Positions 8,990 to 19,078 of a DNA stretch of 64,000 nt are shown here, one piece after another. The notes below the pieces were generated by a model, which had not been told where the DNA came from, made no database searches, and was given only the letters and a program-made list of their open reading frames with translations. Location: NCBI GenBank assembly GCA_963832165.1, contig CAWHTE010000003.1, positions 96,001-160,000 of the forward strand. Direction: 5' to 3'. Made by a program: the position numbers and the translations under genes. Source of the DNA: an uncultured delta proteobacterium. Lineage in GTDB: Bacteria > Myxococcota_A > UBA9160 > SMWR01. How positions within the stretch are numbered: the first letter of the stretch is position 1; each line of letters begins with the position of its first letter.

Positions 8990-10449
8990 TGGCGAGTCGG
9001 CTCGCGTTCCATCGAGCTCTGGTGGCGGTCGCGCTCGTGGCGTGGCTGGTCGCACCCGCGGGCCGCGCCCAAGAGGCGGCCCCCGCCGAGAAGCCCGCCG
9101 CTGCGCAACCGGAGGCGAAGCCCGCCGAGAAGGCCGGCGCGAACACCGCGCAAGACCAGCCGCTCTCCGAGGAAGAAGAGGCGAAGCTCGACGCCGAGGA
9201 CGAGAAGAAGCGCGAGGAAGCCGAGCGCGGAACGAAGTGGCGCGCGAAGACCAAGCAGGAGGCCAAGGAGGCCGAGGCCGCGATGGCGCGCACCGTCGGA
9301 CGCCGCACCGGCCGGTTCCTGGCCAAGGCCAGCGAGCTCTTCACGGAGAGGAAGTACGACGAGTCGAACGAGGTGCTCGGGCGGTTGAACCTGAAGCGGC
9401 TCAACTCGTACGAGCGCGCACTCGTCTACAAGTACCAGGGCTACAACGCGTACGGGAAGGAACAGGTCGCCACCGCGATCGAGATGCTGCGCAAGGTGCT
9501 CGCCGAGAACATCCTGCCCAAGCAGGACTCCGCCGATCTCCTGTTCCAGATCTCCCAGATGCAGATGGGCACGGAGAAGTACGAGGACGCGATCGCCACG
9601 TTGAAGGAATGGTTCGCGCAGGAAGAGAAGCCGGGTGCCGTGGCCTACTTCGCGCTCGCGATCGCCTACTACCAGCTCAAGGACTTCGAAGCGGCGCTCG
9701 TGCCCGCCAAGAAGGCGATCGAGGTCGCCGAGAACCCGCAGCAGGGCTGGCTCCAGCTCGTGCTCGCGATCTACTTGAACAAAGAGGACTACGCGTCGGC
9801 GACGCCCGTGCTCGTGCAGCTGCTCTCGCGCTATCCCCAGGTGGGCAAGGCGTACTGGATGCAGCTCGCCACGCTCTACGGCGTGCAGAAGGACATCCCG
9901 CGCGCGCTCGCGATCATGCAGCTCGCGCACCGCCAGAAGTTGCTGGACGAGGACGCGAACGTGCGCCGGCTCGCCTCGCTGCTCCAGTCCGAGGACATCC
10001 CGATCCGCTCGGTGAAGGTGCTCGAGCAGGGATTCGAGCAGAAGGTCCTCAAGGAGGAAGCGACCTCCTACGAGCTGCTCGGCAACAGCTGGATCCTCGC
10101 GCGCGAGGCCGACAAGGCGGAGCCCGCATTGCAGAAGGCGGCCGATCTGTCGCCCGAGGGCGACATCTACGTGCGGCTCGGCCAGGTGCGGCTGCTCAAA
10201 GAGGACTACGCAGGCGCGACCACCGCGCTCAAGAGCGGTCTCGCAAAGGGCGGTCTCGACGATCCGGGCGCGGTCGAGCTCCTGCTCGGGATCACGTACT
10301 TCAACGAGGGCAAGCTCGGAGAGGCGCGCAGCTGGTTCGAGAAGTCGCGCCGCTCGGAGAAGTCGCGTCCGACGTCGGACGCCTGGATCAAGCACATCGA
10401 CGAAGAGCTCGCGAAGCAGAGCGGTGAGTCGGGTGCGGTGGGAATGTGA
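8989..10449 (+). CDS. Periplasmic tetratricopeptide repeat protein (TtpD-like)
   Basis: ATG overlaps the tonB stop. Signal peptide, charged linker and multiple TPR-like helical repeats. Confidence 0.8.
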   Translation: MASRLAFHRALVAVALVAWLVAPAGRAQEAAPAEKPAAAQPEAKPAEKAGANTAQDQPLSEEEEAKLDAEDEKKREEAERGTKWRAKTKQEAKEAEAAMARTVGRRTGRFLAKASELFTERKYDESNEVLGRLNLKRLNSYERALVYKYQGYNAYGKEQVATAIEMLRKVLAENILPKQDSADLLFQISQMQMGTEKYEDAIATLKEWFAQEEKPGAVAYFALAIAYYQLKDFEAALVPAKKAIEVAENPQQGWLQLVLAIYLNKEDYASATPVLVQLLSRYPQVGKAYWMQLATLYGVQKDIPRALAIMQLAHRQKLLDEDANVRRLASLLQSEDIPIRSVKVLEQGFEQKVLKEEATSYELLGNSWILAREADKAEPALQKAADLSPEGDIYVRLGQVRLLKEDYAGATTALKSGLAKGGLDDPGAVELLLGITYFNEGKLGEARSWFEKSRRSEKSRPTSDAWIKHIDEELAKQSGESGAVGM

Positions 10450-10475
10450 AAATTCGCAATCGGAAGGAAACAGAG

Positions 10476-11333
10476 ATGAAGTACGTGACACGCACATCGA
10501 TCACGGCGCTCGCCGCCGTCCTGCTCGTGTGGGCGGTGTGGCCGGCCGCCGCGGAAGAAGAGAAGAAGGGCGTGCCGCTCGAGACAGTCGTCCAGGCGCA
10601 GATCGCCGCGGACCAGGACGCCGTCGCTTCGCAGAAGAAGATCAACGAGCTCGACGACCAGGCCAAGGAGATGCTGCAGAAGTACAACCTGCTCGTGGCG
10701 GAAGCCGCGAGCATGAACAACTACAGCGATCAGCTCCAGCTGCAGGTCAAGGACCAGGGTGACGCGATCGCGTCGTACAACCAGCAGCTCGTCGACATCG
10801 AGCACACGGCGCGCGAAGTGATGCCGATGATGCAGCGCATGCTCGACCAGATCGACCGCTTCGTCGAGCTCGACATCCCGTTCCAGCTCGAGGAGCGGCG
10901 CGGGCGCATCCAGAAGCTCAAGGACGTGATGGGCAAGGCCGACGTCGCGATCTCGGAGAAGTACCGCCGGATCGTCGAGGCCTATCAGATCGAGCTCGAC
11001 TTCGGGCGCACGCTCGAATCCTACGACGGCAAGCTCGAGGGCGATGCCGCGGGCCGCACGGTGAAGTTCCTGCGGATCGGACGCGTGGCGCTGCTCTACC
11101 AGACCCTGGACGGCGAGGAGACCGGCTACTGGGACAACGACAAGAAGGGCTGGGTGGTCGACAACCACTACCGCGAGGCCATGATGGAGGGCGTTTCCGT
11201 AGCGCTCAAGGAGGGCGCTCCGGAGCTGATCGAGGCGCCCGTGCACGCGCCCCAGGACTCCGCCCCGGCCGAGGCTCCCGCCCCCATCGCTCCCGCGGCG
11301 CAGAGCGCCACGGACACGGAGACGCAGTCATGA
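10476..11333 (+). CDS. DUF3450 family protein (TtpB-like)
   Basis: Signal peptide, coiled coil, FVELDIPF..EER, EKYRRIVEAYQIE.DFGR and LRIGRVALLYQT.DG. Confidence 0.85.
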   Translation: MKYVTRTSITALAAVLLVWAVWPAAAEEEKKGVPLETVVQAQIAADQDAVASQKKINELDDQAKEMLQKYNLLVAEAASMNNYSDQLQLQVKDQGDAIASYNQQLVDIEHTAREVMPMMQRMLDQIDRFVELDIPFQLEERRGRIQKLKDVMGKADVAISEKYRRIVEAYQIELDFGRTLESYDGKLEGDAAGRTVKFLRIGRVALLYQTLDGEETGYWDNDKKGWVVDNHYREAMMEGVSVALKEGAPELIEAPVHAPQDSAPAEAPAPIAPAAQSATDTETQS

Positions 11334-12719
11334 TCCGCAAGGTCCTCCTCTCCCTCTCCCTCGCCCTCGCGGTGCAGATGCCGCTCGCGTTCGGCGCGAT
11401 CGGCGCCGACACGCTCGACGACCTGCTCGCGGAGACCCAGAAGGCGCGCGCCGCGGAAGCGGAGGAGAACAAGAAGCGCGAGGCGGAGTTCCTCTCGAGC
11501 CGCGACCGCCAGAAGGCGATGCTCGACGAGGCGCAGGCCAAGCACAACGCGGCCAGGGCGCGCAGCGAGAGCCTCTCGGCGCAGTTCGACGCCAACGAGG
11601 TGACGCTCGCCGACCTCGAGACCAAGCTCAAGGCGCGCGAGGGCAACCTCGGCGAGCTGTTCGGCGTGACCCGCCAGGTGGCCGGCGACACGTCGGCGAT
11701 CCTCTACAACTCGCTCACCAGCGCGCAGTACCGCGGGCGCGACGAGTTCTTCACCAAGCTCGCCAAGAGCAAGGTATTGCCGACGATCCCCGAGTTCGAG
11801 CAGCTCGCATTCGAGCTCCTGCGCGAGATCACCGAGACCGGGCGCGTGGCGCGCTGGAAGACCGAGATCGTGACCGCGGACGGCGAGAAAGAGGTCACCG
11901 ACGTGGTGCGGATCGGCGGCTTCATCGCGATGGCCGGTGAACGTTATCTGGACTTCAACCCCAAGCTCGGCACGTTCTCGGTCTTCGCGCGCCAGCCTCC
12001 CCAGAGCGAGCTGATCGAGGCCGCGCGCGCACTGACTTCGGCGACCTCCGGCTACCACGAGGCGTTCGTCGACCCGTCACGCGGCGTGCTCCTGTCGATC
12101 TACACGCAGCGCCCCTCGGTCTGGGAGCGCGTCGAAAATGGCGAGAAGATCAACTACGTGATCCTCCTGGTCGGCTTCATCGGCCTGGTCGTGTTCGGTG
12201 TACCAGTTCTTCTACCTGATCCTCGTGCGCCGCAAGGTGGCGCACCAGCTCAAGCACCTCGACCGGCCGATGCGCGACAACCCGCTCGGCCGCGTGCTCG
12301 CCACGTTCCGCGGCGATCCCCAGATGATCGAGGACGACGTCGAGGTCGTGGAGCTCCGGATCTCCGAGGCCGTGCTCAAGGAGGTGCCGACGGTGGAGCG
12401 CTTCCAGGCGTTCCTGCGCCTCGCCGTCGCAGCGGGCCCGCTGCTCGGACTGGTCGGAACCGTGGTCGGTATGATCATCACGTTCCAGAGCATCACCGAG
12501 TCGGGCTCCTCCGACCCCAAGCTCATGGCCCACGGCATCGGTGCCGCGATGATGGCGACCGTGCTCGGCCTCGGCATCGCGATCCCGCTGCTTTTCATCA
12601 ATGCGGCGCTCGCGACCATGTCGCGCAGCGTGGTGCAGGTGCTCGACGAGCAGAGCAACGGCCTGCTCGCGGAGCACATCGAGCGCAAGCAGGGCCGGAG
12701 CGAGGACGCGAATGTCTGA
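11330..12719 (+). CDS. Long MotA/TolQ/ExbB protein (TtpC-like) (frameshift ~12195)
   Basis: Periplasmic coiled-coil N-domain (LGELFGV.RQ, VVRIGGF, DPSRG) plus ExbB domain (PLLGLVGTVVGMI.TFQ.I...G..DPKLMA.GI) in the 12198 frame. Confidence 0.85.
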
Positions 12720-13245
12720 CGTCGGTGACCTCCTGATCACGCCCTACCGCATCGTGGCGGACATGATCGAGCTCGGCGGTTTTTGGGTCATCTTCATCTT
12801 CCTCTCCGGACTCCTGCTCTGGACGCTCGTGCTCGAGCGGTACTGGTACTTCTCGCGCATTCTTCCCAGGCAGGCCCAGCAGTATCTCTCCGCATGGAAG
12901 GTGCGCTCGGACCACACCTCGTGGTGCGCGCGCTCGATCCGCCAGATGATGATCTCGAAGCTCAACGCGGGAATGTCGGCGAACCAGATCCTGATGAAGA
13001 CGCTCGTGCCGCTCGCGCCGCTGCTCGGACTGGTCGGCACGGTGTCCGGCATGCTCAAGGTGTTCGAGTCGATGGCGTTGCTCGGGTCGGCCGACGCGCG
13101 CACGATGGCCAATGGCGTCTCGGAGGCGATGATCTGCACGCTGACGGGCCTCGCGGTGAGCATCACGGGCTTGTATCCGGTCTATTACTTCGGCCACCGC
13201 ACGCGCCGCGAGACCGAGCTGCTCGCGGACCACTTCGAGTTCTGA
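12712..13245 (+). CDS. exbB: ExbB/TolQ proton channel protein
   Basis: LAPLLGLVGTVSGM..VF, MANGVSEAMICTLTGL. Confidence 0.85.
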   Translation: MSDVGDLLITPYRIVADMIELGGFWVIFIFLSGLLLWTLVLERYWYFSRILPRQAQQYLSAWKVRSDHTSWCARSIRQMMISKLNAGMSANQILMKTLVPLAPLLGLVGTVSGMLKVFESMALLGSADARTMANGVSEAMICTLTGLAVSITGLYPVYYFGHRTRRETELLADHFEF

Positions 13246-13246
13246 G

Positions 13247-13654
13247 ATGAAGACGCGCCGCGTATCCGGGGCCGACGTATCACATTCCGGCATCGATCTC
13301 GCGCCGATGCTCGACTTCGTGATGAACCTGCTGATCTTCTTCATCATCACCGCCGTATTCGCGAAGGAGGTCGGGATCGAGGTGTCGCGGCCGGGCTCGG
13401 GCGCGGGCGAGGGCGGCAAGGAATCGAAGAGCATGATCGTGACGATCTACGGCACCGGCGACATCGAGATCGAAGGGCGCATGGTGGACGCGCGCGCGGT
13501 GCGCGCGAACGTCGAACGCATGCACGCAGTGAAGCCCGAGAACGGCGTGATGGTGGTGGCCGACAAGAGCATCCATTCCGGTCTGCTCGTCGAGGTGCTC
13601 GATCAGATCCGCCTGGGTGGGGTCACGGACATCTCGTTCGGCGCGACGAAGTAG
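13247..13654 (+). CDS. exbD: ExbD/TolR protein (copy 1)
   Basis: IDLAPMLDFVMNLLIFFIIT with the conserved TM Asp; VVADK motif. Confidence 0.88.
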   Translation: MKTRRVSGADVSHSGIDLAPMLDFVMNLLIFFIITAVFAKEVGIEVSRPGSGAGEGGKESKSMIVTIYGTGDIEIEGRMVDARAVRANVERMHAVKPENGVMVVADKSIHSGLLVEVLDQIRLGGVTDISFGATK

Positions 13655-13761
13655 GGTCGAGAAATGGCACAGCAGCACACAGCCGAATCGGAAGAAACCG
13701 GCATCGACCTCGCGCCGATGCTCGACTTCGTGATGAATCTGCTGATCTTCTTCATCATCAC
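13287..13761 (+). repeat. 64-bp direct repeat shared by the two exbD genes (13287-13350 and 13698-13761)
   Basis: The copies differ at two synonymous positions and encode the TM segment GIDLAPMLDFVMNLLIFFIIT. Confidence 0.85.
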
Positions 13762-14074
13762 GACCTCGTTCATCAAGGAGGCCGGGATCCAGGTCGACAA
13801 GGGCCTCTCGGTTACCGCGGTCCACAAGGAATCCGGCAACATCCTGATCGCGATCCGCCAGAACGGCGAGATCTGGATGGATCGCAAGCAGGTGGATCTG
13901 CGCGAGGTGCGCCCGATCATCGAGCGCTTCCACATCGAACGCCCCGAGGACACGGTCGTGGTGGTCGCGGACAAGGCGGCGCCCGTCGGCACGCTCGCGC
14001 AGGTGATGGACCAGGTGAAGTCGGCCGGGATCAAGGACGTCGCGATCGGCGCCCAGAATCCGGCGGGCGGCTGA
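13664..14074 (+). CDS. exbD: ExbD/TolR protein (copy 2)
   Basis: Same TM motif; VVVADK.....L.QVMDQ.K.AG. Confidence 0.88.
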   Translation: MAQQHTAESEETGIDLAPMLDFVMNLLIFFIITTSFIKEAGIQVDKGLSVTAVHKESGNILIAIRQNGEIWMDRKQVDLREVRPIIERFHIERPEDTVVVVADKAAPVGTLAQVMDQVKSAGIKDVAIGAQNPAGG

Positions 14075-14080
14075 TCTCAG

Positions 14081-15034
14081 CTAGGCGAAGCGCACCGCGC
14101 CGAGCTTGCGCGCTGCGATCACGACCTGCACTGCGCGGATGCGGTCCGCGCCGTCGAGCTCGATGTGCAGCAGGGTGCGCGGCGCCTGTCGGCGCTGGGG
14201 GGCGCCGAGCACCGTGAGCAACGCGGGCAGGCCGTTCACCACGCGGATCTCGGAGCGCGCGTCCGACTTCTGCCGGTGGAGCGCGGCCATCTGATAGAAG
14301 CGCGCCACGCGCGCGCGCCCGGACATCGGCTGCGCGAGCGCCGTGAACTCGCCGTTCGCGTCCGTGATCGTCGAGACGGAATCCGTGAACAGCGCCTCGA
14401 GCCCGTTCGCGTCCTGCGCGAGCAGGCAGGTCTGCAGCCGCTCGAGCGCGGCGCGGTGGCGGTCGCGCAGCGCCGCGTCGGGAACGCAGCGGTCGCGGTC
14501 GTAGTCGGCGAGCGCGCGCCGGCCGCGCAGGTGCAGGACGCGCACGTTCTCCTCGCTGGTCGCGAGCACGTCGGCGGTCTCGCGCGCCGTGTAGCCCAGC
14601 ACGTCGCGCAAGAGCAGCGCTGCGCGCGGCCGCGGCCCGAGCGCCTCGAGTGCGATCAGGAATGCGAACGTCGCGCTCTCCTGGAGCCCGTAGCGGCGCT
14701 CCGGATCGCTGTGCTCGCCCGCGCGCGGCAGGTCGCGCTCGTCGCCGTCGTCCTCGATCGCTCCGGGCAGCCACGGCCCTTCGTAGCGCCGGCGCTTGCG
14801 CCGGCGCAGCACGTCGATGGCGAGGTTGGTCACGACGCGCACGAGCCAGGGCGCGAGCGATCCCGCAAGCGGCTCGGGCGGCGCCCCGACCGCGCGCGCG
14901 AACGCCTCCTGCACCACGTCGTCGGCATCGGCGGCGGTGCCGGTCAGGCGATAGGCGAGCGCGAAGAGCGAGCCGCGCTCGGCGCGAAACAGCGCGTCGA
15001 GGTCGGCGGCGGGAGCTCGCGCCTCGCTCTGCAT
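14081..15034 (-). CDS. ECF sigma-70 factor with C-terminal SnoaL-like extension (ECF41/SigJ-like)
   Basis: AYRLTG..ADADDVVQEA, YEGPWLPG (WLPEP-like), LLRDVLGY, and a C-terminal domain with DANG (DGGG-like) and VNGLP. Confidence 0.85.
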   Translation of the reverse strand: MQSEARAPAADLDALFRAERGSLFALAYRLTGTAADADDVVQEAFARAVGAPPEPLAGSLAPWLVRVVTNLAIDVLRRRKRRRYEGPWLPGAIEDDGDERDLPRAGEHSDPERRYGLQESATFAFLIALEALGPRPRAALLLRDVLGYTARETADVLATSEENVRVLHLRGRRALADYDRDRCVPDAALRDRHRAALERLQTCLLAQDANGLEALFTDSVSTITDANGEFTALAQPMSGRARVARFYQMAALHRQKSDARSEIRVVNGLPALLTVLGAPQRRQAPRTLLHIELDGADRIRAVQVVIAARKLGAVRFA

Positions 15035-15063
15035 CTCGTCTCTCCGGGCCCCTTTGCCGTAAC

Positions 15064-15090
15064 GACGCGCGGGGACCGCGAAACGTTACA
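15064..15090 (-). promoter_or_regulatory. ECF41-type promoter directly upstream of the sigma gene
   Basis: Minus strand TGTAACG-N16-CGTC, close to the ECF41 consensus TGTCACA-N16-CGTC; 30 bp before the ATG. Confidence 0.7.
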
Positions 15091-15102
15091 GCGCGGCCCC
15101 GG

Positions 15103-15399
15103 TCAGCGAGTGCCCTCGACCAGGATCGCGAAGTGCTTGGAGGTCGCCTTGAGGCGCTTGCCGATCACCGCCTGGTACTCGCCCGACTCGTAGAGCGCCT
15201 TTGCCTTCTCCTTCGATTCGAACTGGAGCACCACGGTCTGGCGGCCCGCGTCGTCCCCCTCGATCCGATTCGTGGCCGGATCGAACGCGATCAGCTGGCA
15301 CTCGGTCCCGATCTTCATCGCCGGGCCGGCAGCCTTCGCATATTCCCCGTAGGTCGCGGGGTCCTCGACTTCGTAGTTCACGATCAGGTACGCCGACAT
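15103..15399 (-). CDS. DUF1330 family protein
   Basis: MSAYLIVNYEV.DP..Y.EY...IEG...VVLQFES.EKA...Y.S.EYQ....R; GGAGG RBS. Confidence 0.85.
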   Translation of the reverse strand: MSAYLIVNYEVEDPATYGEYAKAAGPAMKIGTECQLIAFDPATNRIEGDDAGRQTVVLQFESKEKAKALYESGEYQAVIGKRLKATSKHFAILVEGTR

Positions 15400-15482
15400 C
15401 GTTCCTCCTGGCGTTGGGTGGGCGAAGATAGGGGCGCGTTTCCTGTTCCGCCGCGCGGTCGAGCGGGCACTCACCGGGTGCG

Positions 15483-16901
15483 ATGGTCGGACTCACGCGC
15501 CGCGCACAGTGGATTGCGGGGTTTCTGACGGCGCTCGCCACCCCGTCGGCGGGCGCCGTCGACGACGCCGCGATCCACGCGCTGATCGACGCGCTGAAAC
15601 CGGTCGCCGAGGCGATCGCGGTCGACGGCAGCTCGGCGGATTGGGGCGCGATCCCGGCCTTCGCCGACCCGTCGGGCGACGGCGGTGGAGACGCCTCGCG
15701 CGACATCACGGGCGTGCGAATCGCGCCGACCGCGACCGCGCTCACCGTGCTGATCGAGACCGCGGGGCCGCCCGCCGCCGCCGATTGGGCGTTCTGGATC
15801 CGTATCGATTTCATGGGCGAGCAGTACAACGACGTCGAGATCGCGCTGAATCCGAGCGGGAACGACGTGCTGTTCTATTCGCCAGAGGACGGCTGCGCCC
15901 AGCCCGCGCCGGACTACTGCTCGATGCCGTGGGAGCACGCCGCACTCGCGATCGGGAGCGCCGTGGAGATTCGCATTCCCTACGCCGAGCTCGACGCTGC
16001 GCTGCCGGCCTCGATGCAGGGGAAGCTCTCGGGAAGCGGCGCGCGGAGCTTCGTACGCGTCCAGCCGCATACGGTCGCCTATCCGCCGCCCGACTTCTTC
16101 TACACGGAGATCGACGACGGAGCGGCGGTCGGGAGCTTCCGGCTCGTGACGACACCCTACGCGCTCGATCCGCCGCTGCCGCCGGGCGGCGATGCCTACA
16201 CGGCGCTGCCGGATCCGTTGCCGGGACTCTGGTACGTGGGGCAGGGAGCGTTCACGCACGGGACGCACGCGGGCTACTGGGGATACGACCTGCACAAGAC
16301 CGACAACGCGCTGCATCCCGAGTCGCCACACGGAAGCACCGACCTCGACGACAACTTCAGCTTCGGCCAGGCGATCCTCGCACCGGCCGCGGGCACCGTG
16401 TACTCGCTCGAGAACACGAGGCCCGACCATCCACCGTACGATTACAGCGACCCGGGTCCGCCGAACTTCCTGTTTCTCGAGATCCCCGGGAATCTCGGCC
16501 TGCTGTTCAGCCACACGCAGCAGGGCACGATCCCGTTCACATCTGGCAACGCGGTGGCTTCGGGAGCGCTCGTCGGGCGCGTCGGGCATTCGGGCTCGAC
16601 GGGCTGGCCGCATCTGCACTACGGCGCCGAGGAGATCGACAACGGCTTCGCGAGCCACCCGCTCGGCATCACGAACGCGAACGTGGGGCTGAACCCGACA
16701 GCGTCCGACCCGTGGCGCCGCACGATCCCCTCCTGGGGCATTCGCGAGGGTTTCTTCGTGTTGCCCGAGCCCGACGCCGACCTCGTGTTCGTTGCGGGAG
16801 TCGCGCTGCTCGTGCTCCTGTCGCAGATCAGGCGCGTGCGCGCTTCCTTCGCCGCGCGAGCGCCCAGAGCAGCGCGCCGCCGCCTGCGAGTCCGGGCATA
16901 G
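15483..16901 (+). CDS. M23-family metallopeptidase with N-terminal DOMON/sugar-binding-like region and PEP-CTERM-like anchor
   Basis: Signal peptide; VDGSSADW...DPSGD; THAGYWGYD, ILAPAAGTV, FSH, VGRVGHSGSTGWPHLHY; C-terminal LPEP + TM + Arg-rich tail. Confidence 0.78.
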   Translation: MVGLTRRAQWIAGFLTALATPSAGAVDDAAIHALIDALKPVAEAIAVDGSSADWGAIPAFADPSGDGGGDASRDITGVRIAPTATALTVLIETAGPPAAADWAFWIRIDFMGEQYNDVEIALNPSGNDVLFYSPEDGCAQPAPDYCSMPWEHAALAIGSAVEIRIPYAELDAALPASMQGKLSGSGARSFVRVQPHTVAYPPPDFFYTEIDDGAAVGSFRLVTTPYALDPPLPPGGDAYTALPDPLPGLWYVGQGAFTHGTHAGYWGYDLHKTDNALHPESPHGSTDLDDNFSFGQAILAPAAGTVYSLENTRPDHPPYDYSDPGPPNFLFLEIPGNLGLLFSHTQQGTIPFTSGNAVASGALVGRVGHSGSTGWPHLHYGAEEIDNGFASHPLGITNANVGLNPTASDPWRRTIPSWGIREGFFVLPEPDADLVFVAGVALLVLLSQIRRVRASFAARAPRAARRRLRVRA

Positions 16902-18961
16902 CGCCGGGCTCGGGCAGGAGCGTGCCCTCGTGGGTTCCCGCGCCCGCGAGCTCGATCACGCGCGAGTCCGAGAGCGTGATCTGCGCGGGCCCGTCCGTGG
17001 TGATGCTGTAGTCGATCGGGGTCTGGGAATCGAGGCACGCCCCGCCGCTCGAGGCGTCGATTGCGAACGAGGCGACGTGCCCGAGCGTGGCCTCGATCCG
17101 GTTCTGCGGCGCGATCGGCGTGAGACCCACGACCGAGAAGCTCTGCGCCTCCCAGGGCACCGGATCGATGCCCACGCTGGGTGGATTCTCCGCGAACGTG
17201 CGCTCGAAGCCGCCACAGCCGAACGACTTGATGTCGATGTCGGCGTAGTCGCGCTCTTCGGGGTCGGTGTAGGTGCTGCGGATCTCGGAGATCCAGTAGG
17301 CGCGATCGTGGCGGATCCCGAGCTCGGGCGAATCGGCGAACGGCGCCGTCCGGTACGTGACGCGCGGTGGCTGCGTCCGCCGCACGAGATTCGCCGTGTA
17401 GGCGGCCTCCTTCATCCAGTCGTCGAAGAGCGCATACGTGAAGTGCTCGGCGGCCGGGTGGTAGTAGAAGATGTGCGGAAAGCCCGTCGCCGCGAGCAGA
17501 CCGCGCAGCCAGAGTCCCTGCGCGCTGTTCACGAGCTCGTCGGCGCCGCTGTAGAGCAGCGCCCCGTCGACCTCGCGCAGGTTCATGACCCACTCGGCGG
17601 GAATGCCGACCTCGCCCGCCTCGCAGCGCTGGACGTCGGGCTGGCCGCACGCGTCGCCGGGGTAGCCCACCCAGTCGATATAGCCCGCGAAGCGATCGGG
17701 ATAGGTCGTGGCGAAGCGCAGCGTGCCGTAGCCGCCCATCGAGTAGCCGCCCGCGAACACGCGATCGAGGTCGACGGGATAGTTCGCCTCGACGTCGGAC
17801 ATCACGTCGAGCACGTCGCGCTCGGAGATGTCGGAGTAGAAGCCCGCGGGACCGCGGCCCAGCGGCACGATGATGATCCGGTTCAGCGCTTCGCCGATGT
17901 TCTGCTGCAGTCCCTCGTGCAGCGGATTGGCGCTCGAGATCAGGCTCGTGTGGTTGGCGGAGAAGCCGTGCAGCGCGAGCTGCAGGCCGTGCGGCGCGGG
18001 CTCGTCCGGCACGTAGATCCCATACGGCTGGTTCCTGCCGACGAAGTGGAACTCCTGCGCGAACGAACCTGCCGCGCCGGAGACGCCGCGTCCGGGGATG
18101 CCGTCGAAGTTCACTCCCTCGGCGCCCGTGTCGTGGACGATCGCGCCGTCGCCGTTCAGCGCGATCGTGTAGTCGGACGTGTAGACGCGCTCGTAATAGC
18201 CAGGGCCCGGTCCCGCGAGCTCGGTGGCGCCGCCCGTGAGGTCGGAGACCTTGACCACGTGGCCGAACTGCGAGATGTCGCCGGACTCGAGCGCGGCGGC
18301 CTGCTGATCCTCGAACCAGGATCCGGCTTCGCTCGTACCGCGGAACGCGACGTTCATCACCGCGCGCGTGCTCGCGACCGCGGCGACCGCCTGCAGCCGC
18401 CAGTGCGTTGCCGGACGGAAGCGGGATCGCGCCCTCGATCGTATTCGTGACGGGATTCCCGCTCGAGAACAGGTGCAGCTCGTCCCAGCCCGTGCTCGAG
18501 AGCGGCGTCGCGAAGTCGGGGAGCGCGATCAGGTCCGCCCAGGTGCCGCCGCCCGTCGCAGCCTTGTCGTCGCTGTCGATCGCGAGCGCCACGACCGTGC
18601 TGTCCGCGTCGAACAGCGAGTTCATCTCGAACGTCACGAGCAGCTGATCGCCCGATACGCGCAGCCGGATCGCCGCGATGTCGGCGTAGTTGTTCACTGT
18701 GCTGCTGTCCGCGTTGGGATAGCTCTGCGCGCCGGTCGGGTTCGACAGCGATCCGGTCGAAGGAGCCTGCCCGAGCCCTCCCGATGCGCCGTAGTCGTCG
18801 TAGACGTAATCGCGGTAGACGAGCTCGCCGGCACAGATCTCGACGGTGCCCGCGATCCAGGAGCCGGTGCCGCAGCCCGTGGGGGGTACGGGCGGGTCTG
18901 CCGCTGCGCTCGATCCGACTAACAGAACTGTCGACAGAATCGCCGCCAATCGTCGGACCAT
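16828..18961 (-). CDS. Secreted alpha/beta hydrolase (esterase/peptidase) with PEP-CTERM anchor (frameshift ~18405)
   Basis: Signal peptide in the 18961 frame. LALHG, nucleophile GYSMGG, GADELV and EH in the 18360 frame. Ends LPEPGAMPGLAGGGALLWALARRRKRARA. Confidence 0.8.
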
Positions 18962-19078
18962 GACGCAGCACCTCCCTCGGAGCGAGCTGGGATCATATGT
19001 CCGGTGCGAGCGAAAAGTCGAGGCGGCGGGGTGCGAACTGATTCGACCAACTAATTCGACTCGCGAAGCACGACCCTA

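Noticed and set aside
8348..14074. Myxobacterial Agl-Glt gliding machinery
   Set aside because: DUF3450 and the long TtpC-like ExbB point to a TonB2/3-type system, and no Glt-specific genes were seen.
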